From positions 6,428 through 70,427 of the forward strand of contig CAMWLC010000004.1 of the NCBI GenBank assembly GCA_947174995.1: a stretch of DNA of 64,000 nt. Direction: 5' to 3'. The stretch is from an uncultured Porphyromonadaceae bacterium. GTDB lineage: Bacteria > Bacteroidota > Bacteroidia > Bacteroidales > Muribaculaceae. The notes beneath the pieces are model-generated. The model worked only from the letters and a program-made list of their open reading frames with translations, made no database searches and was not told the DNA's origin. Both the position numbers and the translations under genes were made by a program. Shown here one piece after another: positions 42,852-51,450 of this stretch (positions within the stretch are counted from its first letter, which is position 1; the number at the start of each line of letters is the position of its first letter).

Positions 42852-44432
42852 ATGAAGCAAGCTGAAGAAAAGGAGATAAAATATCCGGTCGGAATACAGA
42901 ACTTCTCGAAACTCCGTGAGGGAGGATATATGTATGTGGACAAGACCCGGATCATCTATGAACTGATCCGTAACTCAGGATATTATTTCCTGTCTCGCCC
43001 GCGACGCTTCGGAAAAAGCCTCATGCTTTCGACCCTGGAGGCCTACTATCAGGGAAGACGGGACCTCTTCAAGGGTCTGGCGCTTGAATCACTCGCGGAG
43101 AATTGGGAGCCGTGTCCCGTTCTACATCTCGACCTCAATAACGGAAATTACCGGGATGTCGAGGATCTCGAGAATGTCCTTGACTATCATTTGCGTGGGT
43201 GGGAAAAGGAATACGACATTCCGGCATCGGATGCGGAGCAGTGGTCGCTACCCCTTAGGTTCGCCACGGTAATACGCCGGGCATTCGAGATGTCGGGCAG
43301 CCGGGTGGCCATCCTCGTGGACGAGTATGACAAACCCATGCTTAACGCTGTGGGCGACGAGACCTTGGCCGAGAACTTCCGGTCGATACTCAAGGCTTTC
43401 TATTCCAACCTCAAGACGATGGACCGCTATATCCGGATCGGAGTCATGACCGGAGTGGCGAGATTCAGCAAGATATCCATCTTCTCGGATCTCAATAACC
43501 TGCGTGACATCTCATTCGAGGATGTTTTCTCCTCCATTTGCGGAATAACCTCGGATGAACTCACCTCATATTTTGCCGACGGTATTCAAGCATTGGCCAT
43601 GAAATACGGGAAATCCGCTGAAGAGATTCACAAGGATCTGGCTGTCAATTACGACGGATACCATTTCTCCATCAACAGCCCCGGCATATACAATCCCTTC
43701 AGCCTTATGAATGTTTTCGCATCTTCGGAAATAAGGAGTTATTGGTTTGAGTCGGGCACTCCGAGTTTCCTATTGAAACTCGTAGGACGGTCCGGGCGCA
43801 AGTTGGAAGACATATCCAATGTCGAGATAGGGGAGTCTACGCTCGTCTCTGCCGGTATCACGACCACAGATCCCATACCGGCCCTGTACCAATCAGGCTA
43901 TCTTACGATCAAAGGGTATGATCCCGAATTCAAGATTATCACTCTCGGCTATCCTAATCGGGAAGTGAAAGAGGGTTTTCTTAAATTCCTGTTGCCCCAT
44001 TACGTCAACATGGAAGATTCAGACAACGCGATGTATATACACAGGTTCGTTATGGATGTCAGAAACGGGGATCCGCGGGCTTTCATGCACAGACTTGCCG
44101 GACTGGTCGCGTGTGTGCCATATTCTGAAAAAGGTTCTGCGGAAGCACATTTTCAAAACGTATGCTATCTCATATTTACCCTTATGGGATATTTCACGAG
44201 AATGGAGCAACGTACCTCCGATGGTAGGATCGATTTGACGGTAGAAACAGACAAGTATGTCTATATCTTCGAGTTCAAGACGAATTCCACTGCAAGTGCA
44301 GCCATTGATCAAATATTTCGGAGGCAGTACTGGCTACCGTATGTTCATTCCGGGAAGAAGATCTTCCTCATCGGAGCCAATTTCAATACTAAGACACGCA
44401 GGATCTCCGAGTATGAAATCAAGACTCCGTAA
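42852..44432 (+). CDS. AAA-ATPase-like N-terminal domain + PD-(D/E)XK nuclease-like C-terminal domain protein (the multi-copy Bacteroidales 'ATP-binding protein' family)
   Basis: 526 aa. The N-terminus YPVGIQNFSKLREGGYMYVDKT...YYFLSRPRRFGKSL (Walker A-like) and ILVDEYD are typical of the AAA-ATPase_like family. The C-terminus (GRIDLTVETDKYVYIFEFK) is typical of the PDDEXK_9-type domain. Family names are from memory. Confidence 0.7.
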   Translation: MKQAEEKEIKYPVGIQNFSKLREGGYMYVDKTRIIYELIRNSGYYFLSRPRRFGKSLMLSTLEAYYQGRRDLFKGLALESLAENWEPCPVLHLDLNNGNYRDVEDLENVLDYHLRGWEKEYDIPASDAEQWSLPLRFATVIRRAFEMSGSRVAILVDEYDKPMLNAVGDETLAENFRSILKAFYSNLKTMDRYIRIGVMTGVARFSKISIFSDLNNLRDISFEDVFSSICGITSDELTSYFADGIQALAMKYGKSAEEIHKDLAVNYDGYHFSINSPGIYNPFSLMNVFASSEIRSYWFESGTPSFLLKLVGRSGRKLEDISNVEIGESTLVSAGITTTDPIPALYQSGYLTIKGYDPEFKIITLGYPNREVKEGFLKFLLPHYVNMEDSDNAMYIHRFVMDVRNGDPRAFMHRLAGLVACVPYSEKGSAEAHFQNVCYLIFTLMGYFTRMEQRTSDGRIDLTVETDKYVYIFEFKTNSTASAAIDQIFRRQYWLPYVHSGKKIFLIGANFNTKTRRISEYEIKTP

Positions 44433-44461
44433 CCCCGGGAGCGCACAGAGTCTCGTTATTG

Positions 44462-44564
44462 GCGCGGAGTTCACTCTCCAGGGTGTCGAGGTAGCTCGTC
44501 CGGGCGCACCGGCATCTACATACGCGTCTGCGGCAAGGAGAGTCACAAGGTAATAGTGAAGTAA
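44462..44564 (+). pseudogene. Remnant of a T9SS C-terminal domain coding end (duplicate of 42562-42664, frameshifted)
   Basis: About 90% identical by eye to the last ~100 nt of the GH32-like gene, including the TAA stop and the following GTCTGAAGT(A/T)GAGGAGG. A 1-nt deletion (CGCAGCCGGC versus CGCACCGGC) breaks the frame, and there is no upstream ORF. Confidence 0.7.
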
Positions 44565-44824
44565 CGTCTGAAGTTGAGGAGGTATCTCGAATTTTTTTGG
44601 TCAAAATAGGATATTATTGGAATAAATGGGGGTAATTGGAACTCTTGTTTACTCGGAATTGATTTCATAATTTTGATGTGGAAATGATAACACCATTATC
44701 AAATGCGAATCACATCTTAAATTATATCAATATGAAACATTTCTGCTTCTGTGCCTAATATGCTGATTATGGATATGCCACCATTTCCGGCAGCGGCAGG
44801 AACTTCAGTCTTTTAATTTCTCCG

Positions 44825-45436
44825 ATGGTCTACGCTGGAGGAAATTACGAGATTTACATTCCCGAGGCTACCTTCCGTAATGCTGCCGAAGAGGCCGATG
44901 CAACGAATTTCAGCAGCGAACTCTATTATCACTATCATAAGAGGCAGCCCAAGGTGATAACCGTGACCGAAAAGATTCCGGCACAAAACGCAGAATTGTA
45001 CGGCTTCGACACCGGAGAGGGTATTACTATCGTGACTGATCCGAGAGGTATGGCAGCCAGGATGGAACTTGAATTAACCTCGTATCCTGTGGAAGACTAT
45101 CAATATGAAGGTGGAATTATACTACTCCGTACCGAAACAACCACCAGGAATGAAGAGGGCGACATCTGCTGGATAAATGATGGTCCCGAAATCGAATTCT
45201 CCAAGGACAGACGATACGAGGTGCGTTTTATTCTCTTTGATGCTGAAGGCACTGCTCTCCGCCAGGGTGCCATTGAATATAATTATCCCGCTGATTCCGT
45301 TGGTATAGATACAATAACCGGATCGGAAAGCGAGAGAAAGGTGTACAATATTCAAGGTATGCGTCTTGGTAACGATATCGATGCTCTTCCCGCAGGACTC
45401 TACATCATTGACGGCAAGAAAGTGGTGAAGAAGTAA
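44825..45436 (+). CDS. T9SS CTD-containing protein, probably a 5'-truncated or decayed gene
   Basis: 203-aa ORF ending in the CTD KVYNIQGMRLGNDIDALPAGLYIIDGKKVVKK, but with no signal peptide. Short broken ORFs (MKHFCFCA*, MLIMDMPPFPAAAGTSVF*) lie just upstream. Confidence 0.45.
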   Translation: MVYAGGNYEIYIPEATFRNAAEEADATNFSSELYYHYHKRQPKVITVTEKIPAQNAELYGFDTGEGITIVTDPRGMAARMELELTSYPVEDYQYEGGIILLRTETTTRNEEGDICWINDGPEIEFSKDRRYEVRFILFDAEGTALRQGAIEYNYPADSVGIDTITGSESERKVYNIQGMRLGNDIDALPAGLYIIDGKKVVKK

Positions 45437-45496
45437 TGTATAGTTGACAGTGTTGAGTGTCCGGTTGACAATGGACGCGATAACACGATAGATGAC

Positions 45497-45528
45497 AAAG
45501 TGAGGAGGCAGGGATGCCTCCTCACTTT
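45497..45528. terminator. Bidirectional hairpin between convergent genes
   Basis: AAAGTGAGGAGGCA-GGGA-TGCCTCCTCACTTT, the same GAGGAGGC/GCCTCCTC stem family as at 42718-42748. Confidence 0.75.
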
Positions 45529-45622
45529 GTTAACGGATATCCCACGCGACATTCATGTTTTTTTTCTGTAAATCAATAATAGAGGCATAACCCGAATATA
45601 CAGTGCATGTGAGGGATTGGGG

Positions 45623-47443
45623 TCAGGAGATCTTTTTGCCGGAGTTGTCCGCGAAGACGGAGAGTGTGATCTGCGAGATCATCTCCTTGAGGCGGGCGAT
45701 GAACTCATCGGCGCTGTATTCCCCGCGCTCTATGGCACGGAGGCGCCCCTCCCAGATGCCGGTGAGCTTGGCGCTCTTGAGCAGTTCCTCGTTGATTATG
45801 CCGATGAGGTCAATGCCGGCTTTGGTAGCGCGGAGCGTCTTTCCCTGACGACCGCATTTTTCGATATATCCCCGCTTGTAAAGCACCTCGATGATGGCGG
45901 AACGTGTGGAGGGGCGCCCCAGGCCGTTGGCCTTCAGGGCCTCGCGCAGATCCTCGTCCTCAACCGTTGAGCCTGCTGTCTCCATCGCCTTGAGCAGAGA
46001 GCCCTCGTCAAAATATTTCGGAGGCTTGGAGGTCTTCTTCACCAGATGCGGTTCGTGAGGGCCTGTTTCTCCGCGTTTGAAAGGGGGGAGTTCAGTCTGT
46101 TCGGACTCCGATTCCTTTTTGTTTTCACGCTCGGGATCTTTGTCGCGGGCATATACGGCTTTCCATCCCTGCGCCATAATCACGCGCCCCGAGGCCTTGA
46201 ACTCCACATCAGCAGGCGTATCTTTGACCGTTCCCTTCACAATGGTCTGGTCATACTCCATATCGGGATAGAACACCGATATGAAACGCCGTGCTATCAG
46301 GTCGAACACCTCGTATTCCGCCCGGCTCAATCCCTGCGGCAGAGGTATACCCGTGGGTATGATGGCATGATGATCGGTGACTTTGGAATTGTCAAACACC
46401 TTTTTCGACTTCCTGAGCTTGCTGCCGCGAAGAGGCTGGAGCAACTCGGAATATTGCGTCAGGGAGTTGAGGATGGGGCCGCACTTGGGGTATATGTCGT
46501 CCGTGAGGTAAGTGGTGTCCACACGCGGGTATGTGGCGAGCTTTTTCTCATACAGGCTCTGGATGGTGCGCAGTGTCTCCTCGGCCCCCATGTTGAGCCG
46601 CTTGTTCGCCTCCACCTGGAGAGCCGTCAGGTCGAAGAGGCGGGGTGGAAACTCGCGCCCTTTCTTGCGGCTCACCTCGGTGACGGTAAACGGCGAGGCC
46701 TTGAGGCGCTCCGGCACGGCTGCTCCCGCCTCCTGAGTCTCGAAAGGATCAAGCTGTGTGGAGAAGGTGACACCTCTATATATGGTGCGCAGCTCGAAAG
46801 TGTCCTTCGGCACGAAATTCTCTATTTCATGCTGACGGTTGACCACCATGGCGAGGGTAGGGGTTTGCACGCGCCCGATGGAGAGGAGATTGCGATCCGT
46901 GCCATATTTGAGGGAGTAGAGACGCGTTGCGTTGATGCCCAATATCCAGTCGCCTATCGCGCGGCAGAGTCCGGCGGTGTAGAGCGACTCAAGTTCCTTG
47001 TGTGGGCGCAGATGCTTGAATCCCTCGCGGATAGCCTCGTCGGTGAGGGAGCTTATCCAGAGGCGTTCCACCGGTTTGTCGCATCCCGCCTTCTGCATCA
47101 CCCAACGCTGGATTACCTCACCCTCCTGTCCGGCATCACCGCAGTTGATGATGCGTTCACACTGCCGTATCAGCCCCTCTATGGTCTCGAACTGCCGCTT
47201 TATACTCGCCTGGGGGATCACCTTGATTCCGAACCGGGGGGGAATCATAGGGAGCGACGAGAGTGACCACCGCTGCCAGGCGGGGGTATAGTCTGCCGGT
47301 TCCTTGAGGGTGCAGAGATGTCCGAAGGTCCATGTCACGCAGTATTCGGGACCCTCGAAATAGCCGTCGCGGCGAATGGTCGCGCCGAGCACGTCGGCGA
47401 TGGTCTTGCCGACGCTCGGCTTCTCGGTGATGCAGAGTATCAA
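45623..47443 (-). CDS. topB: DNA topoisomerase III (type IA, short form)
   Basis: 606 aa with a Toprim N-terminus (ILCITEKPSVGKTIA, GHLCTL, NCGDAGQEGE). The active-site region is RVQTPTLAMV, followed by ...TYLTDD... Confidence 0.8.
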   Translation of the reverse strand: MILCITEKPSVGKTIADVLGATIRRDGYFEGPEYCVTWTFGHLCTLKEPADYTPAWQRWSLSSLPMIPPRFGIKVIPQASIKRQFETIEGLIRQCERIINCGDAGQEGEVIQRWVMQKAGCDKPVERLWISSLTDEAIREGFKHLRPHKELESLYTAGLCRAIGDWILGINATRLYSLKYGTDRNLLSIGRVQTPTLAMVVNRQHEIENFVPKDTFELRTIYRGVTFSTQLDPFETQEAGAAVPERLKASPFTVTEVSRKKGREFPPRLFDLTALQVEANKRLNMGAEETLRTIQSLYEKKLATYPRVDTTYLTDDIYPKCGPILNSLTQYSELLQPLRGSKLRKSKKVFDNSKVTDHHAIIPTGIPLPQGLSRAEYEVFDLIARRFISVFYPDMEYDQTIVKGTVKDTPADVEFKASGRVIMAQGWKAVYARDKDPERENKKESESEQTELPPFKRGETGPHEPHLVKKTSKPPKYFDEGSLLKAMETAGSTVEDEDLREALKANGLGRPSTRSAIIEVLYKRGYIEKCGRQGKTLRATKAGIDLIGIINEELLKSAKLTGIWEGRLRAIERGEYSADEFIARLKEMISQITLSVFADNSGKKIS

Positions 47444-48252
47444 TTCTTATCTATGGTCTTTGTCTGATCTATGGTCTTCGCCTCCTCCCAGATGGCGTCC
47501 ATCTCGGCCAGGGACATATCCTTCAAGGAGCGTCCCATCTCCTTGGCGCGGGCTTCGAGGTGATTGAAACGTCGGATGAACTTGCGGTTGGTGCGCTCAA
47601 GGGCATTTTCGGGATTCACGCCGTAGAGGCGGGCAGCATTGATGACGGAGAATAGCAGGTCTCCGAACTCGCCCTCCAGGGCCTCGGCATCGCCCGACTT
47701 CATTTCGCGTTCCACCTCGGCCGTCTCCTCCCTCACCTTGTCCCAGACCTGATCGGGGGTTTCCCAGTCGAATCCCACATTCCGGGCCTTTTCCTGGATA
47801 CGGTTGGCCTTGATGAGTGCGGGCAGGGCGGAGGGCACGCCGCCGAGGACGGTCTTGTTGCCCCCTTTTTCCTTGAGCTTGATCTGTTCCCAGTTTTGCG
47901 TCACTTTTTCCGCCGTGTCCGCCTGCACGTCGCCGAAGACGTGAGGATGACGGAAAATCAGTTTGTCGGTAAGCGCGTCGCATACGTCGGCGATGTCGAA
48001 ATCTCCTGACTCGGATGCGATCTTGGAATAGAAAGCCACGTGCAGCAGCACATCTCCCAGCTCCTTGCGGATATTGGCGGAATCACCCGTCAGCAGAGCG
48101 TCGGCGAGTTCGTAGACTTCCTCCACTGTGTTGGGGCGCAGGGAGTCATAGGTCTGCTTCGCATCCCAGGGGCACTTCACCCTCAGAATGTCGAGCACAT
48201 CGAGCATGCGGCCGAAAGCGGCCATCTTTTCCTCTTTAGTATGCATAGTCAT
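47440..48252 (-). CDS. mazG: Nucleoside triphosphate pyrophosphohydrolase MazG
   Basis: The start is taken at MTMHTKEEK. It has KCPWDAKQT, the tandem EExxE-type motifs (VEEVYELADA, EETAEVERE) and RHPHVF. The stop overlaps the topB start by 4 nt. Confidence 0.8.
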   Translation of the reverse strand: MTMHTKEEKMAAFGRMLDVLDILRVKCPWDAKQTYDSLRPNTVEEVYELADALLTGDSANIRKELGDVLLHVAFYSKIASESGDFDIADVCDALTDKLIFRHPHVFGDVQADTAEKVTQNWEQIKLKEKGGNKTVLGGVPSALPALIKANRIQEKARNVGFDWETPDQVWDKVREETAEVEREMKSGDAEALEGEFGDLLFSVINAARLYGVNPENALERTNRKFIRRFNHLEARAKEMGRSLKDMSLAEMDAIWEEAKTIDQTKTIDKN

Positions 48253-48371
48253 CGGCGGGGCCGCAAGGGCCCTTGGAAAATGAAAATTACGGTTTTTGAT
48301 TCTTTTGACTGCAAAGTTAGTCAGAAATTCGGAGATAATTAGTATCTTTGCCATTTGAAAAGCTAAACAGG

Positions 48372-49421
48372 ATGAAAAAGTTTCTTTCAACGGCTGATGT
48401 GGCGCGGTTTGAGGAGTTGCTTGCTAATTCGGAGAAAATCGTGCTGACCTGCCATGTGCGTCCCGATGGGGATGCCATGGGGAGCACATTGGGATGGTAT
48501 CATCTTCTGAAGGGGTTGGGCAAGAAACCGATGGTGGTGACGCCCGACCAGCCGCCGCGCACCCTCTCGTTCATGCCCGGATTCAGGGAGGTGGCTGTCT
48601 ACACGCGCCATGATCCCTATTGCCAGAGCCTGATGGAGGAGGCTGACCTCATCATCTGCTGCGACTTCAACAAGCCTTCGCGGCAGGATCAACTCGGGCC
48701 TCTGACAAGAGACGCCAAGTGCCGCAAGGTGCTGATAGACCATCATCAAGATCCCGACCACTTCTGCGACGTCACATTCTCATATCCCGACATGTCGAGC
48801 ACGTGCGAGATGACGTTTCGCATCATGGCCGCCATGGGGCTGTATGAAGACATGGGGCGCGATTGTGCCGAGTGTCTTGTGACGGGTATGGTGACCGATA
48901 CGCGCAATTTCTCCGTCAACATCAAGAGTCCCGACATATACGAAGTGCTCGAGCGGCTTCTTGAGAAGGGGGTGGACAAGACGCGCATCGTGAAGGAGGC
49001 TCTGATGACGCGCACCTACGGCAGCGTCAGGCTCCACGCCTACGCCTTGAGCGAGAAGATGGAGATACTTCCGCGTCAGCACGCATCCATCATCACCCTC
49101 AGCCTCGAGGAGCTAAAGCAGTTTCATTACGAGCGCGGCGACTCGGAGGGATTGGTCAATACTCCTTTGGAAATCAGGGGTGTCGTCAGCTCTTTCTTCC
49201 TGCGCGAAGACGAGGATTGCATCAAGGTCTCGGCCCGTAGTATCAACGACTTCCCGGTGTCGCTCGTGTGTGGCGACCTCTTCGGAGGAGGAGGCCACAT
49301 AATGGCAGCCGGAGCCGAGTTTCACGGCACCCTGGAGGAGGCCCGGCGTATGCTCGTGGAGGCTCTCCCGGCCTACGATAAATACATCAAGGGGCATCCC
49401 GACAGGATAGACCTCTGGTGA
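48372..49421 (+). CDS. nrnA: DHH/DHHA1 family phosphoesterase (NrnA-like oligoribonuclease/pAp phosphatase)
   Basis: The start is taken at MKKFLSTADV. Motifs are HVRPDGDAMGS, DHHQD and GGGHIMAAGA. Confidence 0.75.
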   Translation: MKKFLSTADVARFEELLANSEKIVLTCHVRPDGDAMGSTLGWYHLLKGLGKKPMVVTPDQPPRTLSFMPGFREVAVYTRHDPYCQSLMEEADLIICCDFNKPSRQDQLGPLTRDAKCRKVLIDHHQDPDHFCDVTFSYPDMSSTCEMTFRIMAAMGLYEDMGRDCAECLVTGMVTDTRNFSVNIKSPDIYEVLERLLEKGVDKTRIVKEALMTRTYGSVRLHAYALSEKMEILPRQHASIITLSLEELKQFHYERGDSEGLVNTPLEIRGVVSSFFLREDEDCIKVSARSINDFPVSLVCGDLFGGGGHIMAAGAEFHGTLEEARRMLVEALPAYDKYIKGHPDRIDLW

Positions 49422-49434
49422 ACAGCATCATCTC

Positions 49435-50040
49435 ATGACTGACAAAATCATAATGAAGACCACTATACACAATATTCTTCTTCCCGCTTTCGCCGGTGTG
49501 CTGGCGGCCGGCATGACGGCCTGCAGCGACTCCGAGAGCTATTCCGACCTTCTGCGCGACGAGACCAGGGCCGTCAACTGGTATCTGGCGCGTCAGCACG
49601 TGGAGACGGAGATTCCGGCTGACAGCGTGTTTCAGACAGGTCCCGACGCCCCGTTCTACAAAATGGACGAGGAGGGGCATCTCTATATGCAGGTGATCAA
49701 CCCCGGTTCGGCAGTCAAGCCCAAGAAGGGGGATATGGTCTATTTCCTGTATTCGGCGCAGAACATCCTTCAGATGGAGCAGACGGGCAATATGGATGTG
49801 CCCGCCGTAGGCAACGCCATAAATATGCCCTCCGTAGGGCCCACTTCATTTGAATACGGCAACAACTACCTCACCTCCACGCTCAAATACGGCACCGGTA
49901 TCCAGGTGCCTCTCGGCTATCTCGGCTACGACAGCGAGGTGAATCTCGTCATGAAGTCATACGTAGGCTTCACCGAGGCCAATCAGGGCACGTGCATACC
50001 TTACCTGATGAACGTGCGCTATTTCAAGGCACAGTACTAA
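49435..50040 (+). CDS. Lipoprotein of unknown function (DUF4827-like)
   Basis: 201 aa with the lipobox LAAGMTAC. It sits immediately upstream of glmM, as in other Bacteroidales. The family name is from memory. Confidence 0.45.
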   Translation: MTDKIIMKTTIHNILLPAFAGVLAAGMTACSDSESYSDLLRDETRAVNWYLARQHVETEIPADSVFQTGPDAPFYKMDEEGHLYMQVINPGSAVKPKKGDMVYFLYSAQNILQMEQTGNMDVPAVGNAINMPSVGPTSFEYGNNYLTSTLKYGTGIQVPLGYLGYDSEVNLVMKSYVGFTEANQGTCIPYLMNVRYFKAQY

Positions 50041-50067
50041 TCGATAAAGCAAGAAATTACTCAAGAT

Positions 50068-51450
50068 ATGTCACTCATAAAATCAATCTCTGGAATAAGA
50101 GGCACCATCGGAGGCCGCTCGGGCGAGGGTCTCGGCGGTGTGGACATCGTGAAATTCGCAGCTGCTTACGCTGAATATATGCGCCGCGAGAACGGCGGCG
50201 CCTCAGGGCGAATAGTAGTGGGCCGTGACGCCCGTATCTCCGGAAAGATGGTAGACCATCTCGTGACCGGTGCCCTCATGGCAATGGGTATGGATGTCAT
50301 CAACATAGGACTCGCCACTACCCCGACCACCGAACTGGCCGTGACCGGGGAGAAGGCTCTCGGTGGCATCATCATCACCGCAAGCCACAACCCCGTGCAA
50401 TGGAATGCCCTGAAGCTCCTCGACTCCAAAGGAGAGTTCCTGACTGATGAGGCAGGACGCAAGGTGATTGAAATAGCCGAGAAGGAGGATTTTACTTTTG
50501 CTGAAGTGTTTGATCTCGGCGGCGAATATCACAACGACACCTGGGGCGAGCGTCACATCGACATGGTGGCCGCCCTTCCTCTCGTAGATACGGAAGCCAT
50601 ACGCAAAGCCGGCTTCACAGTGGCCCTGGACGCAGTCAACTCCGTCGGCGGCGTGGTGATACCCCGTCTGCTCCGCCGCCTTGGTGTGAAGGAAGTGATC
50701 GAACTCAACTGCGAGCCCACGGGTCATTTCTCCCACACTCCCGAGCCTATACCCGAAAACCTCACACAGATCGCCGACCTCATGAAGGAGGGAAGGGCCG
50801 ATGTGGGCTTTGTGGTGGATCCGGACGTCGACCGCCTTGCCATCGTGATGGAGAACGGCGAGATGTTCGTGGAGGAATACACGCTTGTGGCTGTGGCTGA
50901 CTATGTGCTCGGCCATACACCCGGCTCAACGGTGTCCAACCTCTCCAGCTCCCGCGCCCTGCGCGACGTGACCCGCGCCCACGGATGTGACTACTCGGCA
51001 GCAGCTGTCGGTGAAGTGAACGTCGTGGCAAAGATGAAGGAGACCGGAGCCATCATAGGGGGCGAAGGAAACGGCGGAGTCATTTATCCCGAGCTCCATT
51101 ACGGACGTGACGCCCTGGTGGGTGTGGCCCTCTTCCTGACCCTTATGGCCAAGAGCGGAAAGAAGGTGACGGAACTGAAGGCCGGCTATCCCAAGTATGC
51201 CATTGCCAAGAACAAGATCCAGCTCACTCCCGACATCGACGTGGACGCGATCCTCGAAGCCGTGAAGCGGAAATTCGCAAATGAGGAAATCAACGACATC
51301 GATGGCGTGAAGATAGACTTCAAGGACTGCTGGGTACACCTTCGCAAGTCCAACACGGAGCCCATCATCCGCATCTACAGCGAGGCTGAAACGATGGACA
51401 AGGCCGAGAAACTCGCGGAGGAAATCAAAACCGTCATAGCCTCATGCTGA
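50068..51450 (+). CDS. glmM: Phosphoglucosamine mutase
   Basis: 460 aa with SGIRGTIGG, ITASHNP and DPDVDRL motifs. Confidence 0.85.
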   Translation: MSLIKSISGIRGTIGGRSGEGLGGVDIVKFAAAYAEYMRRENGGASGRIVVGRDARISGKMVDHLVTGALMAMGMDVINIGLATTPTTELAVTGEKALGGIIITASHNPVQWNALKLLDSKGEFLTDEAGRKVIEIAEKEDFTFAEVFDLGGEYHNDTWGERHIDMVAALPLVDTEAIRKAGFTVALDAVNSVGGVVIPRLLRRLGVKEVIELNCEPTGHFSHTPEPIPENLTQIADLMKEGRADVGFVVDPDVDRLAIVMENGEMFVEEYTLVAVADYVLGHTPGSTVSNLSSSRALRDVTRAHGCDYSAAAVGEVNVVAKMKETGAIIGGEGNGGVIYPELHYGRDALVGVALFLTLMAKSGKKVTELKAGYPKYAIAKNKIQLTPDIDVDAILEAVKRKFANEEINDIDGVKIDFKDCWVHLRKSNTEPIIRIYSEAETMDKAEKLAEEIKTVIASC

